Below are positions 15,631 to 20,937 of a DNA stretch of 20,937 nucleotides, in pieces (the stretch's first letter is position 1; the number at the start of each line of letters is the position of its first letter). The notes under the pieces are model-generated. The model was not told the origin of the DNA and ran no database searches. It saw only the letters and a list, made by a program, of their open reading frames with translations. The stretch is from an uncultured virus (IMG/VR IMGVR_UViG_3300007963_000001) (lineage: Duplodnaviria > Heunggongvirae > Uroviricota > Caudoviricetes): IMG/VR virus record IMGVR_UViG_3300007963_000001. The stretch is one strand, 5' to 3'. Made by a program: the position numbers and the translations under genes.

Positions 15631-16152
15631 TTAGTGTTGCTTTACTTTCTTGGTTTTCCTGAACAATGCAATGTGATATCGACTTGAATGACTCTCCAAA
15701 TCAACACCCTCAAAATCCCAATCAGATAGAAATTGGTTGAACACAGAATACCATGCATCCGATACACTCACACTCATGATGATGTATTGCATTTTATCCA
15801 ACAGATGACCGAATGATTTCAGGACTGCGAGATTGTTTTCTGCACCATCAATTCCGAGAAGTAGCGTGTCGATGTCGACACCTTCGTTTTCTTCCCACCA
15901 CTCATCCATCTGAGATTCTGCACAGTCGAGAGAAACAAATCGGATATTCTGATGTGGGCGCAATTTTGTATCGAGTTGATTTGTATTGAGAGATAACCAA
16001 TTATCTGAATGGAAGCATACCACCCTACTATCAAAGCCATCCCGAATCTCAATGGGGTCATACTGGTGCTTCACAAAAACCTGCACAGTTAGGTCTATCT
16101 CACGATGGGCAACCCTGTCGAGGAAGTTCAGATAAGCCCTGCAATCAACCAC
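15631..16152 (-). CDS. Degenerate FkbM-like methyltransferase-fold protein
   Basis: IDTLLLGIDGAE..VLKSF..LLDKMQYIIMSV resembles the FkbM C-terminal motif. The N-terminal SAM-binding DxG motif is not evident. Confidence 0.5.
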   Translation of the reverse strand: MVDCRAYLNFLDRVAHREIDLTVQVFVKHQYDPIEIRDGFDSRVVCFHSDNWLSLNTNQLDTKLRPHQNIRFVSLDCAESQMDEWWEENEGVDIDTLLLGIDGAENNLAVLKSFGHLLDKMQYIIMSVSVSDAWYSVFNQFLSDWDFEGVDLESHSSRYHIALFRKTKKVKQH

Positions 16153-16241
16153 TGATTACACCCTTACGATTATGGCTTATCTGAGTTTTGACGACACCTA
16201 TCAAGATAACCAAACACACAATAACCACCCGCATCAATGTA

Positions 16242-16502
16242 ATGTCCAATATGGGAAGGCGCAACCATCTTGTGAGGATGAGAATTGCTACTGTTCTTGC
16301 CGATGGCGAATGGAAATCTATTGATGAAATCAAATCTGTTTTCCTCCATCACGGATGGAGTTTTCTCAACTCGCATCAACTGGCTCAACTGTGTCGAATG
16401 ACTACTGGGATTGAAACGAGAAGTGTTGGACTTAATTCTCACATCCAATACAGGATGCAAAGCCGCCCTGCATTTGCAGACTTCATGGGTATAGAGGCGT
16501 AG
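16242..16502 (+). CDS. Winged-helix-like protein; the only convincing plus-strand gene
   Basis: IATVLADGEWKSIDEI...NSHQLAQL pattern. CAATAACC box on the + strand at 16219-16226. Confidence 0.65.
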   Translation: MSNMGRRNHLVRMRIATVLADGEWKSIDEIKSVFLHHGWSFLNSHQLAQLCRMTTGIETRSVGLNSHIQYRMQSRPAFADFMGIEA

Positions 16503-16562
16503 TGATACACGCATTCTCATCGCCAATGTTAGACGATAGATTCCAGTGTATCTTATCCTCAC

Positions 16563-16814
16563 TCATTCTTCTTCATCAGCCTGTTCATCATCTGCAACAA
16601 ACATCGCCTTGCCGCCATCGACAAGTGCTTGATTCCTGAGTTGGATTTGTTGATTGACTTCACTCAATTTGTTATTCAAACCAATGATGAGATTACTCAC
16701 ATCGTTCTTGAATGATTCAAGCATTTGGATATACACCAATCTATCTCCAGCAACTATGGAGAGTAGTTCAGTATCAGAAAGCATCGTTGATTCTTGTGGC
16801 TCGTCATCGGACAT
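16563..16814 (-). CDS. Acidic coiled-coil protein
   Basis: 83-aa ORF with heptad-like LNNKLSEVNQQIQL. Confidence 0.75.
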   Translation of the reverse strand: MSDDEPQESTMLSDTELLSIVAGDRLVYIQMLESFKNDVSNLIIGLNNKLSEVNQQIQLRNQALVDGGKAMFVADDEQADEEE

Positions 16815-16867
16815 TGTTAATCCACCGACAATTCCGGTATTTCATCAATTCGTCAAACGACACAGAA

Positions 16868-17191
16868 TCAGACATCTTCTGCGCCACTAAACTCAGCCTG
16901 AGTCTTGAGCCATTTGTATGATTCAGCAACGACATTAGACATATCTGTTGAATCCATATCCAAAGGCATTCTGTAAGTGCCTCCACCAATAGGAGGTTTG
17001 CCCGCAGTGTGGTCTGCCGCAGATACGAATACTTCCAATCCACCAGTCACAAAATATGTCTTGGTGGGAACATCATCGCTTTCGGGGTCGACAGATGAAA
17101 GTTCAATTTCAACTGCACATCTTTTGATTCGCCAATAGGCATCAGCGCAAGTCAGTCCATAGGGGGTTTCATAGGATAGTTTCAGAGCCAT
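16868..17191 (-). CDS. Tail-associated hypothetical protein
   Basis: MALKLSYETPYGL...AYWRI...YKWLKTQAEFSGAEDV, a type I recall next to tail-fibre genes. ATG 17191. Confidence 0.7.
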   Translation of the reverse strand: MALKLSYETPYGLTCADAYWRIKRCAVEIELSSVDPESDDVPTKTYFVTGGLEVFVSAADHTAGKPPIGGGTYRMPLDMDSTDMSNVVAESYKWLKTQAEFSGAEDV

Positions 17192-17237
17192 TGTTTCAAA
17201 TCCCTGTTGTCGTGGTTTATCACTTTTCATGTCGGGT

Positions 17238-17498
17238 CTAAAACCAATCTTCCGGTTGAGGCCAATTATCAACAGCATCATTTGCTGAATCATAATTTTT
17301 CGTTGCATCCCTTAACCATTGTCGAAAGGTGGTAATTGCCTCTTGTTGTTCTGCTGTTAAGGCATTGTATTTATCCACTAACAAATGAACATCAGTTGCT
17401 AATAGTGCAAGGTCGCGTGATTCCCTGAAAGTTTCCCATGTGACATCATAGGGAATCCCATTTTCTGTTCGGTATAGTGTGCTTAATTTAATCATCAT
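17238..17498 (-). CDS. Tail fibre assembly chaperone
   Basis: W..FR..RD..L..TD....D.Y......Q.....FRQWLRD.....WP.P motif, directly downstream of the fibre gene. Confidence 0.8.
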   Translation of the reverse strand: MMIKLSTLYRTENGIPYDVTWETFRESRDLALLATDVHLLVDKYNALTAEQQEAITTFRQWLRDATKNYDSANDAVDNWPQPEDWF

Positions 17499-17518
17499 AG
17501 TATCATCTCTTTATTCCA

Positions 17519-20500
17519 TCATGTGAATGTAGTCCATATTGCGGCTTTCGCCCCTGTTCCTGAGTTTGAAAGATTTGGTGATGCGGGGGGTGAAGTTGAG
17601 CCATCCGCCCATAATTTGAATCCATTAGATACACCGACATTACCTCCTGAGCCTGAGATGTTAGGTAATGTATTAGACGACCATGCTAAGATATTGAATG
17701 GTGTAGTAGTGCTTTGGTTGTTTGCCCAATTTGAAACCATAATAGCATAATACTTTGAACTATCCAATAGTAATGATTGCCCACTTGCGGCTACCCAACT
17801 TACTGAATTGTAGCCTGTTGAACCCGATGCTGTGACAAACTTTGAAGCCGCCCAAGTTGCCGTAGCGATTAAGGTGCTACTAAGAGAAGAAGAAGTTAGT
17901 GTTGATGAAGGCAACTCATACAGTGCCGCAATTACTCCGGTATCAGCCGAGCCACTTGACAAGGAGTTAATGTAAATCCATGCGTTAGATAGAGTTTTAC
18001 TTTCTGTAAAACTAACTAAATTGCCATAAGCCCAATAACCATTCATTACCTGAGTAGTCATACCACCAGCAGTTCCATTCATCATCGGAACTCTGTTCGA
18101 TTCTGTGAACTTGAAAGCACCCGAATCTGTATTAGCACCCATAGACGCACCGTTGTTTGTCAATCCATTGGGGAAGTCAACAACTCCTGATGAATTACCT
18201 GTCATCCAAACGGGGCTTCCATCACCGGATGAAATTGATAGTTGGTCATTACCAGTAGCCGATGAAACATTAGCACCACCGATTACGACATTGTTTGAGC
18301 CGGAGGTGATGTTGCTCCCACTGTCCTTTCCGACTATGATATTCAGGTCGCCGTCTGTGATGGCATTCGCACTGTTCTTGCCGATGGCTATGTTGCCGTT
18401 TGCATCATTACTTGATGCAGTTCCACTCTGACCCCCAGCCATATATCCGATTGCTATGTTTGCATCAGACGCACCCCATCTCTTACCTGCGCCTCTGCCG
18501 ACAAATACTACTTGGTCGTAAGATGCACCATCATCACCAGCCTCCATTCCGATTACAACATTGTCATGACCATCGGTTCGCTTACCTGCCGTTTCTCCGA
18601 TGAACACATTTCGATGTCCTTGAGTTCCGATTCCCCCAGCCTCTTTTCCGATTATTACACACTGCTCGGAATGGGTCAAAGCCTTCCCTGCATCCTTGCC
18701 AATCAGAACATTCTTGCCACCTGTGGTCAATCCAGTTCCGGCCTGATATCCGATGGCGACTACATCATCAGCAGAGGTTAGTGCATCGAGTGAGTAGTTT
18801 CCGATTGCGACATTGAACTCTCCACCTGCAACAGCACCCGTCATAGCATCGTAGCCTATGGCGAGATTGTCCGATTCCGTGTCTGCGTTATCGTAGGAAT
18901 TAGTTCCTATGGCGATGTTGCGATTTCCGGTAGTGACCCCATGATTCGCACTCCTTCCGTAAGCAATGTTGTCACCGCCCGAAGTCAAGTATCGGAATGC
19001 CCAACTTCCTATTCCTATGTTGTTTGAGCCGGAGGTGTGAGCATAGCCGACAAACGAGCCTATGGCAATGTTGTAAGTTCCGCCATTGTAATTGCCACTC
19101 GACAGAGCCATCGAACCCATCGCAATGTTGTGTGCTTCTGTGGTGATTCCACTACCTGCTGATTCTCCGATGAATACTGAACCTGCTCCGGTTGTTAGAG
19201 CAGTTCCCGCGCTTGCACCAATAACTACGCTGTTTGTTGAAGCCATGTTTCTTCCAGCATCCGTTCCGATAGCAACACCTTGCGCTTGGCCTGTTGCACC
19301 ATCCATCGCTCGGTAGCCAATTGCGACAGACTTGTAGCCCGTAGTCATGGACTTCATAGCGTCTTTTCCGATTGCGACATTGGATGAACCACTGGTGACT
19401 GAGGAAAGGGCATCCTTTCCGATTCCGATATTTGAGTGTGCATTATTCAGAGTTCCATGTGGGGGAACAGCACCATCAGGAGATATTAGAATGCTGTCTG
19501 TGAAGTTGGTGATGTTGCTGATTACATCGGTTAGTCCGTTGAGGTCAGAAGCACCACCACCTGCGGCATCCTCCCAAGCCGCCCCGCTACCTGTCGAAGT
19601 CAACACTTGACCATCAGAACCAAGAGAGCCGTTGAGTTGGATTTTCGATGCGGGGAAGTTGACCGTTCCATTACTCGTTCCGGTAATCCAAACACACGCC
19701 CCATCTTGGTCGGATAGAGAACTGATGGATAGTTGCTTATTCCCTGTTCCACTTGCTACATCGGCCAAGCCTATGACGACATTCCCTGTTCCACTTGTGA
19801 TGTTATCTCCAGCATTCCAACCGATAGCGATGTTTTTGCTACCCGAAGTCACCGTGTCTAATGCATTACTTCCAATCACGGTGTTATAGTGAGCCGAAGC
19901 ATGAGTGTTTGAAGTTCCACCAGCATTATCTCCAATATACTGATTGCCTGTTCCATGTAGTTTAACAGCCGCTTGATGTCCTACGACTACATTGTTCCCC
20001 CAAGTGCTGTTTGCATCGTAGCCAGCCAGCGCACCAATCAGCACATTTCCATTAGTTGTTTGTGCCTTACCTGCCCAATCGCCAATTACGACTGAATCTG
20101 AACCGGAGGTATAGGCCAAACCCGCCTCCCTTCCGATGAAAACATTGTCCTCTCCGCTCGTAATTCCCGACCCTGCAAGGTGTCCGATTGCAACATTGTG
20201 GTCGCCGGAGGTCAAAGCATCAAGCGTGTAATTTCCAACACTGGTATTCTTCTCTCCACCAGCAATCGCGCCACCCAACGCATTGAAGCCAATTCCGATA
20301 TTGTCGCTTTCCGTGTCTGCGGCATCTATGGAGTTATTTCCAAACGCTAAGTTTCTGCTACCTGATGTATTGGCGTTTAGACTCCTATATCCGAGTGCTA
20401 AGTTATCATCACCCGTAGTGATGACCTTCAAACTCATGTGGCCTATACCTGTGTTATTGTCGTTGTTGGAAGTATTGCTTGAATCGCCTTCACCTGCGGC

Positions 20501-20937
20501 ATATCCCATGAATATAGAATAGTTAGCATTAGAGCCGTATTTACCTGCATCATTTCCTATGGCGATATTGTAGCCCTTTGCATCAGATGTTGCGTGTTGC
20601 CCCGCATTATTTCCTATGAAAACTACACCTGTTGATTGTGCGTTTTCACCTGCACTTCGCCCAATCATTACTGCGCTACTTCTGTCGTGAATTGCCCTAC
20701 CTGCCCTTGCACCAATAATGACACAATCTGTTCCTGTTTGTTGTGCCTCACCCGCATATTCGCCTATCATTACATTTCTGCCGCCAGTAGTGATTAGTTT
20801 GCCAGCCTCATATCCGAGTGCTATTGAGTGGTCAGCAGAAGTTATTGTTGAAAGAACATCTTTTCCAATGCCTATGTTTCCTGTTGCTCCATTCAATGTT
20901 CCTGTCGTTGGTGCTGAACCGTCACTATCTGTTTGAA
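17519..20937 (-). CDS. Giant tail fibre/adhesin with TxGxxNxAIG beta-roll (YadA-head-like) repeats, 5'-truncated
   Basis: More than 1125 aa and open to the window end. Dozens of ~14-aa N(I/V)AIG repeats, a GQVLTSTG linker and a distinct C-terminal domain. Confidence 0.9.
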   Translation of the reverse strand, partial: QTDSDGSAPTTGTLNGATGNIGIGKDVLSTITSADHSIALGYEAGKLITTGGRNVMIGEYAGEAQQTGTDCVIIGARAGRAIHDRSSAVMIGRSAGENAQSTGVVFIGNNAGQHATSDAKGYNIAIGNDAGKYGSNANYSIFMGYAAGEGDSSNTSNNDNNTGIGHMSLKVITTGDDNLALGYRSLNANTSGSRNLAFGNNSIDAADTESDNIGIGFNALGGAIAGGEKNTSVGNYTLDALTSGDHNVAIGHLAGSGITSGEDNVFIGREAGLAYTSGSDSVVIGDWAGKAQTTNGNVLIGALAGYDANSTWGNNVVVGHQAAVKLHGTGNQYIGDNAGGTSNTHASAHYNTVIGSNALDTVTSGSKNIAIGWNAGDNITSGTGNVVIGLADVASGTGNKQLSISSLSDQDGACVWITGTSNGTVNFPASKIQLNGSLGSDGQVLTSTGSGAAWEDAAGGGASDLNGLTDVISNITNFTDSILISPDGAVPPHGTLNNAHSNIGIGKDALSSVTSGSSNVAIGKDAMKSMTTGYKSVAIGYRAMDGATGQAQGVAIGTDAGRNMASTNSVVIGASAGTALTTGAGSVFIGESAGSGITTEAHNIAMGSMALSSGNYNGGTYNIAIGSFVGYAHTSGSNNIGIGSWAFRYLTSGGDNIAYGRSANHGVTTGNRNIAIGTNSYDNADTESDNLAIGYDAMTGAVAGGEFNVAIGNYSLDALTSADDVVAIGYQAGTGLTTGGKNVLIGKDAGKALTHSEQCVIIGKEAGGIGTQGHRNVFIGETAGKRTDGHDNVVIGMEAGDDGASYDQVVFVGRGAGKRWGASDANIAIGYMAGGQSGTASSNDANGNIAIGKNSANAITDGDLNIIVGKDSGSNITSGSNNVVIGGANVSSATGNDQLSISSGDGSPVWMTGNSSGVVDFPNGLTNNGASMGANTDSGAFKFTESNRVPMMNGTAGGMTTQVMNGYWAYGNLVSFTESKTLSNAWIYINSLSSGSADTGVIAALYELPSSTLTSSSLSSTLIATATWAASKFVTASGSTGYNSVSWVAASGQSLLLDSSKYYAIMVSNWANNQSTTTPFNILAWSSNTLPNISGSGGNVGVSNGFKLWADGSTSPPASPNLSNSGTGAKAAIWTTFT

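Noticed and set aside
17523..20936. Plus-strand ORFs within the tail-fibre gene
   Set aside because: Antisense shadows of a repetitive Gly/Asn-rich gene.
1..20937. tRNA, rRNA, integrase or transposase
   Set aside because: No cloverleaf, rRNA-like sequence or recombinase/transposase motif was recognised.

Overview
A gene-dense piece of a tailed dsDNA virus genome, almost all coded on the minus strand. The host is probably archaeal, inferred from GGTGA/GAGGTGA ribosome-binding sites, TATA-like boxes about 20-25 nt before apparently leaderless starts, many CxxC micro-proteins and short winged-helix proteins. A marine Poseidoniales (MGII) virus is my best guess and is not proven. The right end carries a partial giant tail-fibre/adhesin gene with TxGxxNxAIG repeats, its assembly chaperone and a tail-associated gene. 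The rest is an accessory region with a SprT-like metalloprotease, a Cys-His-Asp (transglutaminase/papain-like) protein, a Tpt1/KptA-like ADP-ribosyltransferase-fold protein, a degenerate FkbM-like methyltransferase, a TerS-like protein and chains of ATGA-coupled micro-ORFs that the ORF track misses. The most unusual signals are non-coding. (1) A 14-bp palindrome TGTCGA-NN-TCGACA occurs 8 times plus one near-copy. (2) Two of these sites bracket a silent, out-of-frame array of tail-fibre repeat fragments at 2789-2990, and two others bracket a self-contained two-gene unit. (3) A ~90-bp palindromic element with an identical 20-bp core occurs twice, inverted, 7.7 kb apart. (4) There is a candidate RNA pseudoknot. 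(5) Five 4-bp palindromes appear to be absent. All functional calls come from motif recognition by eye; no database search was run.
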